Part shown: in pieces, positions 1 to 9,253 of the stretch | Numbering within the stretch: position 1 is the first letter of the stretch | Layout: each line of letters begins with the position of its first letter | Notes under the pieces: model-generated | What the model was told of the DNA's origin: nothing | The model's database searches: none | The model's input: the letters and a program-made list of their open reading frames with translations, nothing else | Made by a program: the position numbers and the translations under genes | Assembly (NCBI GenBank): GCA_013141295.1 | Contig: JABFRG010001213.1 | Location: forward strand, 1-34,635 | Source of the DNA: Polyangiaceae bacterium | Lineage (GTDB): Bacteria; Myxococcota_A; Polyangia; Polyangiales; Polyangiaceae | Direction of reading: 5' to 3' | Length of the DNA: 34,635 nucleotides

Positions 1-197
1 GGCGGCGGGTTTTCCGTCGCGCTGACCGGCGTCGTGGCGGCGGGCGCGGGGCTCATGGAGAGGTCCGTCTGCGGCATGGTGGCGTTGGTGGCCGACCTGG
101 CGGGCGTCTCGCCTTCGGCGGTCTTGGGCGGCTCGCCGCCGCCTCCGCATGCGAGGAGCGCGAGCATCGAGAGCGACGAGATGGTTCGTGAATGCAT
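1..197 (-). CDS. Lipoprotein, N-terminal part only (gene continues beyond left edge of window)
   Basis: Absent from the ORF track because it has no stop in the window. Reverse-strand ATG at 197..195 with GAGGAG at 210..205 (7-nt spacer). Hand translation is MHSRTISSLSMLALLACGGGGEPPKTAEGETPARSATN..., a type II signal peptide with lipobox LLAC. Confidence 0.5.
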   Translation of the reverse strand, partial: MHSRTISSLSMLALLACGGGGEPPKTAEGETPARSATNATMPQTDLSMSPAPAATTPVSATENPP

Positions 198-208
198 GTA
201 GGATCTCC

Positions 209-421
209 TCATTCGCCAGATGTCTGGGGGACCTTCTGGGCGGCGTGCTTCGATGGCTGCCCGGAGCTCGGCCCGAGGCGCGACGATTCCGTGGCCGAAG
301 GCTTGGTCACGGGAATCTCGTCCTCACGCACCGCGGGTGAGGTTGCCGGCCGCTCGGCCTGGTGATTCTCCTTGTTCATCGGCCCGGCGATGATGCCCCT
401 GCGCGAAACGATACCTGCCAT
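209..421 (-). CDS. Small hypothetical protein (70 aa, low complexity), possibly coupled to the downstream lipoprotein gene
   Basis: C-terminal part of track ORF 209..880. ATG at 421..419 is preceded by GAGGTG (5-nt spacer). Its TGA (211..209) overlaps the GAGGAG RBS of the next gene. GC3 counted by hand is about 79%, lower than clear genes here. No recognisable domain. Confidence 0.3.
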   Translation of the reverse strand: MAGIVSRRGIIAGPMNKENHQAERPATSPAVREDEIPVTKPSATESSRLGPSSGQPSKHAAQKVPQTSGE

Positions 422-633
422 GGTGTCACCTCGTCGCGACCCGGTGCACGGCCCATGCCCGTACGTTCCCCGCCATTCTCCGGGGGCGTTGCGCGAGTCT
501 GGGTCGCCTCGCGCGCTCCTTCTCGCCTCAGTTGTGGCGGTATTGGGAGGGCTGGTCCGAACGTCGCCGGGGTTCGTCCCGCTTTCGTAGCGGCACGGCG
601 GTTGCTTCATCGGCCCAGGTGAAGGGAGCCACG

Positions 634-1305
634 ATGAAGAAGCGCGAAGATGGAGCGGGAGCCCGGGGAGGCACTGCGTCCGGTGGGACTGCAGATGTGG
701 CCGTCGCTCATGCGCGATCGACTCCCGGCGAGCCGGCGCAAGCCGTTGGGTTGTCGCCCCGCGAGATGGAAGTTGCCGCGTCGCGAGGCGTCCCCGCCAC
801 TCGCGAAGCGGCCAGCTGGGATGCGGAGACGCACCTGAGCGAGGGCTATCGCGACATCGACTACGATCCCGTGAGCCCATCGCCCGAATGGAGCAAGGCT
901 TCGAGCGTCGAGCCGGGGCGCGAGCACGGGCGTACCGCGGTACCGCGTCCGGTGCCCTCGTCGGAGAACGACGCCGATCTCCCCGGCGCCCACGGCTACC
1001 GAGAGCAGCAGCACGAGAACCCGGGCATCTTCGGAGCGGCGCCCGATCTCCCCGACGCCGACGCCGCCTTGCGTGAAGCCGTCCTCGAGCGTGTGAGCAA
1101 GCTTCGAGGCTTCGACGGGCGAGATCTGGAGGTCCGGGTGCGTGGCGGCGACGTGACCCTGCGGGGTGTGGTGGACCAGGTGGCAGTTCGCGATACCATC
1201 GCCGCCGCGGTCGGCGAAGTGGTGGGCGTGCTGCGAGTGGAGAACGACCTCCGTATCGCCTGCGCGCTCGACATCTTCCCCCGGCGTTCCGACGATCGCC
1301 ACTGA
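634..1305 (+). CDS. BON-domain protein (OsmY-like C-terminal domain, disordered acidic N-terminal half)
   Basis: In frame with track ORF 532..1305. ATG at 634 is preceded by GAAGGGAG. C-terminus LREAVLERVSKLRGFDGRDLEVRVRGGDVTLRGVVDQVAVRDTIAAAVGEVVGVLRVENDLRI fits the BON pattern. Confidence 0.7.
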   Translation: MKKREDGAGARGGTASGGTADVAVAHARSTPGEPAQAVGLSPREMEVAASRGVPATREAASWDAETHLSEGYRDIDYDPVSPSPEWSKASSVEPGREHGRTAVPRPVPSSENDADLPGAHGYREQQHENPGIFGAAPDLPDADAALREAVLERVSKLRGFDGRDLEVRVRGGDVTLRGVVDQVAVRDTIAAAVGEVVGVLRVENDLRIACALDIFPRRSDDRH

Positions 1306-1309
1306 GACG

Positions 1310-3853
1310 CTACGGCATCTCCTCCGGAAGGGGCCGTCGTGCCGCGTCGAACTTCTTCCACGGATCGCGCTTTCGGGACGCGAGGATGCCGGGCACCGTC
1401 CGCACGGTGAAATCCCGCGCCTCCACGTGGCCGAGCTCGTCCCACTCGACGGGCATGGAGACCGGTGCCTGCGGCCGCGCCCGCGGCGAGAATGCTGCCA
1501 CCGCGGTGGCGCCGCGACCGTTGCGCAGGTAGTCGACGAAGATCTTGCCGGTGCGCTGCGCCTTGGACATCGACGCGGTGAAGTGCGACGGATCGCGGCG
1601 GGTGAGCTCGCTGGCAATGCCGTGGCTCACGCCCTTGGCAATGTCCCAGCCGTGCTTCCCGCCCTTGGGGACCAGCGGCACTACGACGTGCAGCCCCTTG
1701 CCGCCGGTGGTCTTCACGAACGCGCCGAGCCCGAGCTCCTCCAGGAGTGCGCGCACCTCGCCGGCCGCCTCGACGACCCGCTTCCAGGAGACGTCCGGTG
1801 CGGGATCCAGGTCGAGCACCAGCTGGTCCGGCGCCTCCACGTCCTCGATCCGTGAGCCCCACACGTGGAGCTCCATGGCGTTGAACTGACAGAGCGCCAG
1901 GAGGCCCTCGGTAGAGGACACGTACATCCACTCGTCGTCGCCGCGATGCCGCAGGCGAATCGAGGCGGGCATCCCCGGCGCCCGGTGCTTCTGAAAGAAG
2001 CACTTGGCGCCGGCCCCATCGGGACATCGCAAGAGCGAGAGCGGGCGATCGCCCACCCACGGCATCATCCAGGGAGCCACCTCCGCGAAGTACCGGGCGA
2101 GCTCCACCTTGGTCAGACCCGAGGCCGGCTCCACCACCCGGTCTGGATGGGTCAAGCGCATGCTGGCCACCGCGCGCACCGCCTCGGCATCGGACTCGTG
2201 CTTCTTGGCTCGCTGCTTTTCTACGTGCACGGGCACCTCACGATGAACTTCGGCGGCAGGTTTGTCGTCGCGCAACCCGAGGAAGCTCGGGTGCCGCATG
2301 TGACCATCGGTGGTCCACTCGCTGAACTTCACCTCGCACACCAGCTTCGGCTCCACCCAGGTGGTGCCGGCGATGCGTGGGGCGGGCGAGAACGGCGACG
2401 CGTCCGTGCGGAGCGCACCCAAAGACCGCCGCAGATCCCGGAGCGTGCGCGTATCGAGGCCGGTGCCGACCTTGCCGGCGTAGCGGAGCACTCCGGTCTT
2501 CTCGTCGCGAACGCCCACCAGGAGAGCGCCGATGCCTACGCGGCTGCCGGCGGGCTCCGTGTAGCCGCCGATGATCATTTCCTGCCGCTGCGAGCACTTG
2601 CACTTCTGCCAGTCGAGGGAACGCACGCCGCGATACGGCCGATCGCCACGCTTGGCGACGATGCCCTCGAGCCCTAGCTCGCAGGCCTGACGAAAGAAGG
2701 TGGCGCCCGGCTCGCCTGTGCGCACCTTTCGGGCGTCCACGTGGTCGGCGTAGCGGAGCGGGCTTTGGCGGGGGTCTTCCCGCTCAAGCAGCCGGCGCAG
2801 CACTTCCTTGCGCTCGAGCAGCGGCAAGTCGCGCAGATCCTTCCCGTGCGCGTAGAGCACGTCGAACACGAAGTACCCCACGTCGGCGCTGTCGACCGCG
2901 CGATTCTGGAGGGCCTGGAAGCTCGTACGGCCGTCCGGCGTCATCACGCACACCTCACCATCGAGCCAGAGATCGCCTTCGAGGTTGGCGATGGCTTCGG
3001 TGATGCGCGGAAACTCCGCGCTCCAGTCCTTCTCCGTCCGCGAAAACAGCGTGACGCGCTCGCCGTGCTTCCTCGCCAGGATGCGGTAGCCGTCGTACTT
3101 GATCTCGTACACGAAGGTCTCGCCTTCGGGGGCCGCGTCCACCCGCGTGGCGAGGGCCGGCGCAATGCGCGCAGGCAGGGGGTCGGCGCGGCCGCTGCGC
3201 GGGGTACGCGCCTTCTTGGTGGCCTTGGCCCTCTTCTTGGCTGCGGCGGTCTTCTTCGCGGCACGCTTCGCGACCACCTTCGGCGCGCCCGCGGCCACGG
3301 CGTCGAGGTCTCGCCGCGTCGCCACGCTCAGTGGTAGCTCGGCGACCACGTCGCGAGCGTCGTCGGCCGCTTCGTCACGCTCCTTCACCAGGAGCCACGG
3401 CGTCTTCTTCTCGTTGCCTTTGGGCTTCATGCGAATGAGTGCCCAGCGGCCCTGTAGCTTCTCGCCGCGCAGGGCGAATACCAGATGACCTTTGGCGAGC
3501 CCCGCCCCGGGGTCGCCGTCCGGCTCCCAGGTGCCGCGATCCCAGACCAGGACCGTTCCCCCGCCGTACTCGCCCTGGGGAATCGTGCCCTCGAAGGTGC
3601 CGTAGTCGAGCGGATGGTCCTCGACCTCCACGGCCAAGCGCTTGTCGTCCGGCGAAAGGCTGGGGCCCTTGGGGACGGCCCAGCTCTTGAGCACGCCGTC
3701 GAGCTCCAGGCGGAAGTCGTAGTGGAGGCGACGCGCCGCGTGCTTCTGGATGACGAACGAGAGCCCGCCTTTCGGCGAGCGCGATGCCTTGCGGCCGCGC
3801 GGCTCTGCGGTCTTCCGAAAGTCGCGCTTGGCGTGGTACTTCGCCAGGCCCAC
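1310..3853 (-). CDS. ligD: Multidomain ATP-dependent DNA ligase LigD (3'-phosphoesterase, ligase, then polymerase/primase)
   Basis: 847-aa ORF with GTG start. N-terminal PE motif FVIQKHAARRLHYDFRLELDGVLKSWAVPKGPS. Ligase adenylation motif YEIKYDGYR (Lys252, codon 3098..3100). C-terminal LigD-Pol region contains CFFQKH..., FVKTTGGKGLHVVVPL and GKIFVDYLRNGRGATAVAAFSPRAR. Confidence 0.95.
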   Translation of the reverse strand: MGLAKYHAKRDFRKTAEPRGRKASRSPKGGLSFVIQKHAARRLHYDFRLELDGVLKSWAVPKGPSLSPDDKRLAVEVEDHPLDYGTFEGTIPQGEYGGGTVLVWDRGTWEPDGDPGAGLAKGHLVFALRGEKLQGRWALIRMKPKGNEKKTPWLLVKERDEAADDARDVVAELPLSVATRRDLDAVAAGAPKVVAKRAAKKTAAAKKRAKATKKARTPRSGRADPLPARIAPALATRVDAAPEGETFVYEIKYDGYRILARKHGERVTLFSRTEKDWSAEFPRITEAIANLEGDLWLDGEVCVMTPDGRTSFQALQNRAVDSADVGYFVFDVLYAHGKDLRDLPLLERKEVLRRLLEREDPRQSPLRYADHVDARKVRTGEPGATFFRQACELGLEGIVAKRGDRPYRGVRSLDWQKCKCSQRQEMIIGGYTEPAGSRVGIGALLVGVRDEKTGVLRYAGKVGTGLDTRTLRDLRRSLGALRTDASPFSPAPRIAGTTWVEPKLVCEVKFSEWTTDGHMRHPSFLGLRDDKPAAEVHREVPVHVEKQRAKKHESDAEAVRAVASMRLTHPDRVVEPASGLTKVELARYFAEVAPWMMPWVGDRPLSLLRCPDGAGAKCFFQKHRAPGMPASIRLRHRGDDEWMYVSSTEGLLALCQFNAMELHVWGSRIEDVEAPDQLVLDLDPAPDVSWKRVVEAAGEVRALLEELGLGAFVKTTGGKGLHVVVPLVPKGGKHGWDIAKGVSHGIASELTRRDPSHFTASMSKAQRTGKIFVDYLRNGRGATAVAAFSPRARPQAPVSMPVEWDELGHVEARDFTVRTVPGILASRKRDPWKKFDAARRPLPEEMP

Positions 3854-3854
3854 C

Positions 3855-4799
3855 TCAGGCCGCCTTGCTGCGCGCGGTGCGCTTGCTCTTGCGGCGCCTC
3901 GTCGCCGGCTTCTCGCCGTCCGGCGCGTCGTTGGCCGCTTTTCCTCGGCCCACCTGGGCCACGCTCTTCTGCAGCAGGGTCATGAGGTCGACCACGCTGC
4001 CGGATGCGGCCGCGCTCTTCTTGGTGCCCTTGGGCTCGCTCACCTTCCCCTTGCGGGCCTTCTCCTCGATGCGCGCCAGAAGCTCGTCGCGGTAGGTATC
4101 TTTGTACTGTGCAGGCTTCCAGGGCGAGGACATCTCCTTCACCAGACGCTCCGCCATATCGAGCTCACGATCCGACACCCGTAGCGACGACAGATCGGTG
4201 GGCAAATCGAGGGTCTTGGGCGAGCGAATCTCGTAGGAGAAGCGCAAGACCTCCAGCATGAGCACGTCTTCGTACGCGAACACCGCCGCCAGGTGCTCAC
4301 GGGTGCGGAGCACGAAGCTGGCGATGGCGGCCTTACCGCTCCGGCGAAGCGCTTCGCGCAGTACCGCGTAAGCCTTGGCCGATTTCTTGGTGGGCGCCAG
4401 GTAGTACGGGGTCTCCCAGTACGCCGGGTGCACCGCATTCGCGTCCACGAAGTCGCGCAGATCGATGGTCTGCGTCGCCTTCACGTTGGCCGCTTGGAAG
4501 TCGTCTTCCGTGACCTCCACGTACTTTCCTTTTTCGTACTCGTACCCCTTCACGATGTCGCCCCACTCCACCTCTTTCCCGGTGACCTTGTTGGTCCGCG
4601 TGTAGCCCACCAAGTTGCCGTCACGTCGGTCCAGCTGATGAAAGTGCACGTCGTCGTTCTTGGTGGCGCCGTGGAGCTCGACCGGGATCTGCAGCAGACC
4701 GAAGCTGATGGACCCGGTCCACAGGGCGCGGCCTCCGCCACCCTCGCTCGCTTCGGTCTCGGGCTTCGCACGTCGCGCAGCGGTCTTCTTGGTCGCCAT
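3855..4799 (-). CDS. ku: Ku protein (bacterial NHEJ DNA-end-binding protein) with Lys/Arg-rich C-terminal tail
   Basis: RALWTGSISFGLLQIPVELHGATK and YWETPYYLAP are typical of bacterial Ku. I prefer ATG 4799 (GGAGGA 9 nt upstream) over the track start GTG 4823. The stop lies 1 nt from the ligD start, which suggests an operon. Confidence 0.9.
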   Translation of the reverse strand: MATKKTAARRAKPETEASEGGGGRALWTGSISFGLLQIPVELHGATKNDDVHFHQLDRRDGNLVGYTRTNKVTGKEVEWGDIVKGYEYEKGKYVEVTEDDFQAANVKATQTIDLRDFVDANAVHPAYWETPYYLAPTKKSAKAYAVLREALRRSGKAAIASFVLRTREHLAAVFAYEDVLMLEVLRFSYEIRSPKTLDLPTDLSSLRVSDRELDMAERLVKEMSSPWKPAQYKDTYRDELLARIEEKARKGKVSEPKGTKKSAAASGSVVDLMTLLQKSVAQVGRGKAANDAPDGEKPATRRRKSKRTARSKAA

Positions 4800-4979
4800 G
4801 GGGTCGCATCCTCCGCCGCCCACGGAGCAACCAACGTGCCTTCGCCAATCCCCGAGGGCCGCGCGGATCTTGCGTGTCTACCCTGCGACGCGACCGTGAC
4901 GAATTGCCCCGCTGGGGCGACCGAGCGCGAAGTCGCCTGTGTGCTGGATTTCAGCCGCCGCTGGTGTAGACCACTGCCC

Positions 4980-6770
4980 ATGAAGCTCTCTCGCCGTCCC
5001 GCCCTCGGTTCGTTGCTCGCCCTCGCTTGCGCGGGCTCCGTGCTCTACGCCTGCGGAGACGATCCCGGCACCTCTCCGGACCCCACCGACTCCGGCACGC
5101 CGGTGGTCGATGCCGCCAAGGATCGCACCACGCCGCCGCAAGATGCGCGTAGCGATGCACCCATTGCCGATGGCGGTCGCGACGCCACCGCCGACGCGCC
5201 CGACGCGAACCTGAGCCCGGCCTCGCAGCAGATTCAAGCGGTGCGCACCGCGGCCACCGCGGTCACCGACGCAGGCACCGACGGCGGCGCCGTGAACCTC
5301 CCCATCGACAGCGCCTTCGTCACCTACGTGCGCCCCGCGGTGGGCGCCGATCCGGCGGGCTTCTTCATCCAGGCCGAGCAGAACGGCCCGGCCATCTTCG
5401 TGGCGGTCGACCCGGCCACGCTCACGCCGGTCCCGGTGCCGGGCGACGAGGTCTCCTTCAAGGCCACCGGCGTCCTCAACGTGGCGAGCCTTCGCGAGGT
5501 GGTCACGCTCACCAACTTCACCCGCGTCTCCCAGGGCAAGGCGCTCTCGTCGCTGCTGCAAGACCTCACCGCGGCGACCGACGTGGTCACCGGGCTCGAC
5601 CGCTACGAGAGCGAGTACGTGAAGCTCTCGGCCACCGTCGCTACCGACTTCGTGGCCGCCGGCGCGGGCTCGGTGGGCGCGCAAGTGACCACCACCGGCA
5701 TCACCGCCGCCAGCGCCAACCTCCGGGTCCGCCTCCCGCAGACGGTCCAAGAGGGGCTCGACGTCTCCGCCGCCTGCACGTTCACCCTCACCGGCCCCAT
5801 GTGGCGCTTCACCTCCGCGGCCCAGCCCTCGGGCTTCGTCGACGGCGACATCTCCGCGCTGGTGTGCAAGGCGCCCAAGGTCGCCGCTGCCGCCGCCACC
5901 AACCTCACCACCGTGGTGGTGACCTTCGACCGAAAGATCGCGCCGGCCTCGCTGCTGGCCGACGGCTCGCAGTTCACGCTCAACGGTGGCCTCACGGTGA
6001 GCGCCGCCGCACTCACCGGCCCCAAGGAAGTGACCCTCACCACTTCGACCCAGGTGTCGGCCACGCCGTACACGGTCACCGTCGCCGCCACGCTCCAAGA
6101 CACGCTCGCCAAGGGCATCGACGCCACCGCCAAGACCGCCAACTTCCTCGGCTACGTCACGCCCGCGGTGGTGCGCCTGGACGAGCTGAACCCGGCCATC
6201 GCGGGCGGAGCCGACCTCATCGAGCTCCGCGTCGTCACCTCCGGTAACCTCCTCGGCATCACCCTCGAAGAGAACCTGGTGAACAACAAGGTGGTCCTCG
6301 CCACGCTGCCGAACCTGGCGGTGGTCGCCGACGATCTCGTGGTCGTTCACCTCGACGGCACCGGCGTCACCGACGAGACCACCAGCAAGACCGGCTGCGC
6401 GGGAGCCCTTTGCTACGCGGGCGCCTGGGACGTGAAGGGCACCACCGGCATGACCAACAACGCGCGCGTCATCGTCGCCCGCGGCCCCAACAAGGTGCTG
6501 CAGGACGGCGTGGCCTGGTTCAGCTCGGCGCTCACGCCGTCGGCCACCTGGTACCTCGAAGTGAACGCGCTCGCCGCGGCCACCCAGTGGTCCGACTGCG
6601 CCGGCGCCGCCTGCGCCAGCAACACCGACGCGCTCCTCATCGGCGCCGACTTCAAGACCGTCGGCACCACGGCCGCCACCAACAGCTTCCGGCGCGTTGC
6701 GGCCACCGACACCAACACCAAGGCCGATTGGGCCGTGGGCGCGAGCTCCTGGGGCGTTTCCAACCCCTGA
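4980..6770 (+). CDS. Secreted lipoprotein with OB-like N-terminal module, Ig-like (SbsA/Big-type) module and a probable lamin tail domain (LTD)
   Basis: In frame with track ORF 4293..6770. Residue 230 begins MKLSRRPALGSLLALACAGSVLYACGDD (signal/lipobox); the upstream part of the ORF is antisense to ku. SQQIQAVR...GFFIQAEQNG resembles the N-terminus of ExeM/NucH-type proteins. VVRLDELNPAIAGGADLIELRVVTSGNL is LTD-like. No nuclease domain is seen. Confidence 0.6.
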   Translation: MKLSRRPALGSLLALACAGSVLYACGDDPGTSPDPTDSGTPVVDAAKDRTTPPQDARSDAPIADGGRDATADAPDANLSPASQQIQAVRTAATAVTDAGTDGGAVNLPIDSAFVTYVRPAVGADPAGFFIQAEQNGPAIFVAVDPATLTPVPVPGDEVSFKATGVLNVASLREVVTLTNFTRVSQGKALSSLLQDLTAATDVVTGLDRYESEYVKLSATVATDFVAAGAGSVGAQVTTTGITAASANLRVRLPQTVQEGLDVSAACTFTLTGPMWRFTSAAQPSGFVDGDISALVCKAPKVAAAAATNLTTVVVTFDRKIAPASLLADGSQFTLNGGLTVSAAALTGPKEVTLTTSTQVSATPYTVTVAATLQDTLAKGIDATAKTANFLGYVTPAVVRLDELNPAIAGGADLIELRVVTSGNLLGITLEENLVNNKVVLATLPNLAVVADDLVVVHLDGTGVTDETTSKTGCAGALCYAGAWDVKGTTGMTNNARVIVARGPNKVLQDGVAWFSSALTPSATWYLEVNALAAATQWSDCAGAACASNTDALLIGADFKTVGTTAATNSFRRVAATDTNTKADWAVGASSWGVSNP

Positions 6771-6914
6771 GCGCGCTCGAAGTGCAGCCGAGGCGCCGCC
6801 TCTCCGCGATCGACACCGCTGTGCGCGGGGCCATCGAGGGGGCGGCGCTTCGGTTTTGTACCCCGCGGAATTTCCTGGATTGCCAGCGATGGCTCCAGCG
6901 TTGACACTCGCACC

Positions 6915-8264
6915 ATGTCCGCACCCCCGCGCCCTTCGTCGCTCTCGGTCCTCGCCCTGTTCGCGCTCGCTTCCGCAGCGCCCGGGTGCTCCGGGTGCGG
7001 AAAGAGCACCGCTGGCTCCGATGCCGCGCCGGGGCTCTCGTCCGCCTCGGTGCCGACCGCGAACGCCGCGCCCTCCGGGCAGACCTCCGCCGCTGCCTCG
7101 GCATCATCCGCCGCCGCGAAGCCCGCTGCGGCCGCCTGCACGGTGAAGGGCGATGTCACGGTGGTCGACCAAGGCGTGCGCGCCGACACCGGCATCACGC
7201 TAGGGCTCGCTACCCTTGCCATCGGATACGCGAAGGGGCAGGGGACGCCCAAGGCCGCGACCTTCGACGACGCTGGCGTGGTGACGGTGTCGGAAGTCTC
7301 CGAGCCGTTCGAAGCGCTGGACCGCAAACCCGAAGCCTCCGTTCGTCGGGTGGTGCAGCGGGTGACGCCGCTCGACGCGAAGGACGGCAAGGTGCACGTC
7401 TCGGCGGACTACGTGGAAACCACCAGCGAGAAGGTGCGCCGGGTGCACTGCGGGCCGGCGAGCGCCCCGTTCATCTCCTTCGAGGGGCCGAGCCTCTCGG
7501 CGGGAGCCGACGGCGCCACCCACGAGACCGTCGACTGCCGGACCGTACAGACCGAGAACGGCTTCGGTGCCCTCGAGAGCACGCTCGAGACCGACGGTCA
7601 GAAGATGACCGCCGCGCTGACCATCGGCGGCGTCGTGCTCGCCCGAAGGGAGACCCCCATCAAGGCCGGCGACAAGCCCAGCGAGCGCTACGCGTTCACC
7701 ATGCTGGGGTCGGCCCGCGGCGCGGCCGGGTATGTGTATGTTGCACGCTTCAACGGCAGCGTCATCGTCAGCCGGCGTGTCCCCGAGGGGCCGTCGGACG
7801 CGGGTTTCTGGCTGGGAACCGCCACCAATCCGCCGGCGGTGACCTTGGACCCGGACGGCGAGCACGTGGCGGTGTGGACCACGCTCATGGCCAAGCCGGA
7901 GCTCTACGCGACGCGCTTCGTGTACGGAAAGAAGCCCGATGCGCCCAAGCCGGTGGCCATCGTCGATGCCGCGCCGATAGAGGAGCGCAGCGCGGTCTTC
8001 GCGCTGGCGCGCGCCGCGGACACGCTGGTGGTGAACGCCGAGAAGGTGGGGGGCAAGCGCGTCACCAAGCTCCGCCGCTTCGATGCCGAGGGCAAGGTCC
8101 TGGGGACCACCGCCGTGGGCGCCGACGACGAGACCGTGCAGGAGGCGAAGCTGGTGGCCCTGCCTTCCGGCGACGTGCTGCTGGTGTACGTGGCGCTCGA
8201 TCGCGCCAAGGGTTACGTGATCAAGCGGTCCATCCTGGGCTGCGGCGACGCGCCGGCCCCCTGA
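6915..8264 (+). CDS. Hypothetical lipoprotein
   Basis: 449-aa ORF beginning MSAPPRPSSLSVLALFALASAAPGCSGCG (signal plus lipobox). Codon third positions are GC-rich throughout. No recognisable domain. Confidence 0.6.
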   Translation: MSAPPRPSSLSVLALFALASAAPGCSGCGKSTAGSDAAPGLSSASVPTANAAPSGQTSAAASASSAAAKPAAAACTVKGDVTVVDQGVRADTGITLGLATLAIGYAKGQGTPKAATFDDAGVVTVSEVSEPFEALDRKPEASVRRVVQRVTPLDAKDGKVHVSADYVETTSEKVRRVHCGPASAPFISFEGPSLSAGADGATHETVDCRTVQTENGFGALESTLETDGQKMTAALTIGGVVLARRETPIKAGDKPSERYAFTMLGSARGAAGYVYVARFNGSVIVSRRVPEGPSDAGFWLGTATNPPAVTLDPDGEHVAVWTTLMAKPELYATRFVYGKKPDAPKPVAIVDAAPIEERSAVFALARAADTLVVNAEKVGGKRVTKLRRFDAEGKVLGTTAVGADDETVQEAKLVALPSGDVLLVYVALDRAKGYVIKRSILGCGDAPAP

Positions 8265-8274
8265 GCTCGGGCGT

Positions 8275-9237
8275 TCAGGCGCGTTTGCGGCCTTCGATGT
8301 GCCCTTGGAGGAAGGTCACCACGCGCTCGAAGGGATCGAAGCCGAACGACTGGGCGATGGCCGGCCGCAGGTTGGAGTTGGCGTTCACGTCGTAGAAGAC
8401 GCGGCGCCCACCCTCTGCTTCCAGGTACTCGATGCCCCCCACGTCGATGCCACCCTCGCGCAGGATGCGCGCACCGTCGCGTACGGCTTCCGCCGGCACC
8501 TCCGGGTAGGGGTGGAATTCCACGGGCTTCACCGGCTCCTTGGCGGCCAGCGAAGGCACCGCGCAGTGGCCCTCGCCCTCTTCGGGATTGCACACCTCGG
8601 ACGGGCACAGGTTGAACGACCCGTGCGACACCACGCGCATGGCGTACAGGAGCTCGCCGCCCAGGTACTCCATACGCACGATGCCCTGCGCGGCGGGCAA
8701 CGGGAAGTACTCCTGTAGCAGCAGCAGGTGGTCCGGCTCCCACAGCTCGGGTCGATCCCGGAGGAGCCTGCGCAGCTCGTCGGGCTCCGAGAGCAGATAC
8801 ATGCGCGCGCCGCTTCCGCCTTGCTCGGGCTTGAGCAGCGCAGGCCACGTACCCCAACGACCCAGCGCCGTCTCCACGTCGTTGAAGGCCAGCGATCGCG
8901 GATGCGCGATGCCGAGCTTGTGGCAGAGCGAGCCCTGCGCGCTCTTGGAGAGCTCGAGGGCGAACGCCTGCGAGCCGTTGAGCACGCGGGCACCACCGGT
9001 CTCGAGGGTGCGCATGTACGAAAGGGCCAGCGGCACCGCGCGCGTGTGGCCGCGCACGTAGGCGCTCGGGCTCGCCTGGTTGAAGTACAGGGGCGCACGG
9101 GGCGCCGCGTCGACGTCGAAGGCGCCGGTCTTGAGGTCGAACGCCTCGAAGGAGACGCCTCGGCGCTCCAGGGCGGAAAACAGTGGCTTCTGCCACTCGG
9201 GATGCTCGTAAAGGACGACCAGATCCGGCGCGCTCAT
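8275..9237 (-). CDS. ATP-grasp family ligase (RimK / alpha-L-glutamate-ligase-like)
   Basis: ALLKPEQGGSGARMYL is a P-loop-like ATP-grasp motif. GGIEYLEAEGGRRVFYDVNANSN is the C-terminal metal/ATP motif. ATG 9237 has GAGGAG 5 nt upstream and is preferred over track GTG 9243. It starts 17 nt after the stop of the NHL gene. Confidence 0.75.
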   Translation of the reverse strand: MSAPDLVVLYEHPEWQKPLFSALERRGVSFEAFDLKTGAFDVDAAPRAPLYFNQASPSAYVRGHTRAVPLALSYMRTLETGGARVLNGSQAFALELSKSAQGSLCHKLGIAHPRSLAFNDVETALGRWGTWPALLKPEQGGSGARMYLLSEPDELRRLLRDRPELWEPDHLLLLQEYFPLPAAQGIVRMEYLGGELLYAMRVVSHGSFNLCPSEVCNPEEGEGHCAVPSLAAKEPVKPVEFHPYPEVPAEAVRDGARILREGGIDVGGIEYLEAEGGRRVFYDVNANSNLRPAIAQSFGFDPFERVVTFLQGHIEGRKRA

Positions 9238-9253
9238 GAGCACTCCTCTAGCA

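Noticed and set aside
4293-4979. Upstream extension of the LTD lipoprotein ORF (track start 4293)
   Set aside because: The extension is antisense to ku. A clean signal peptide begins at ATG 4980.
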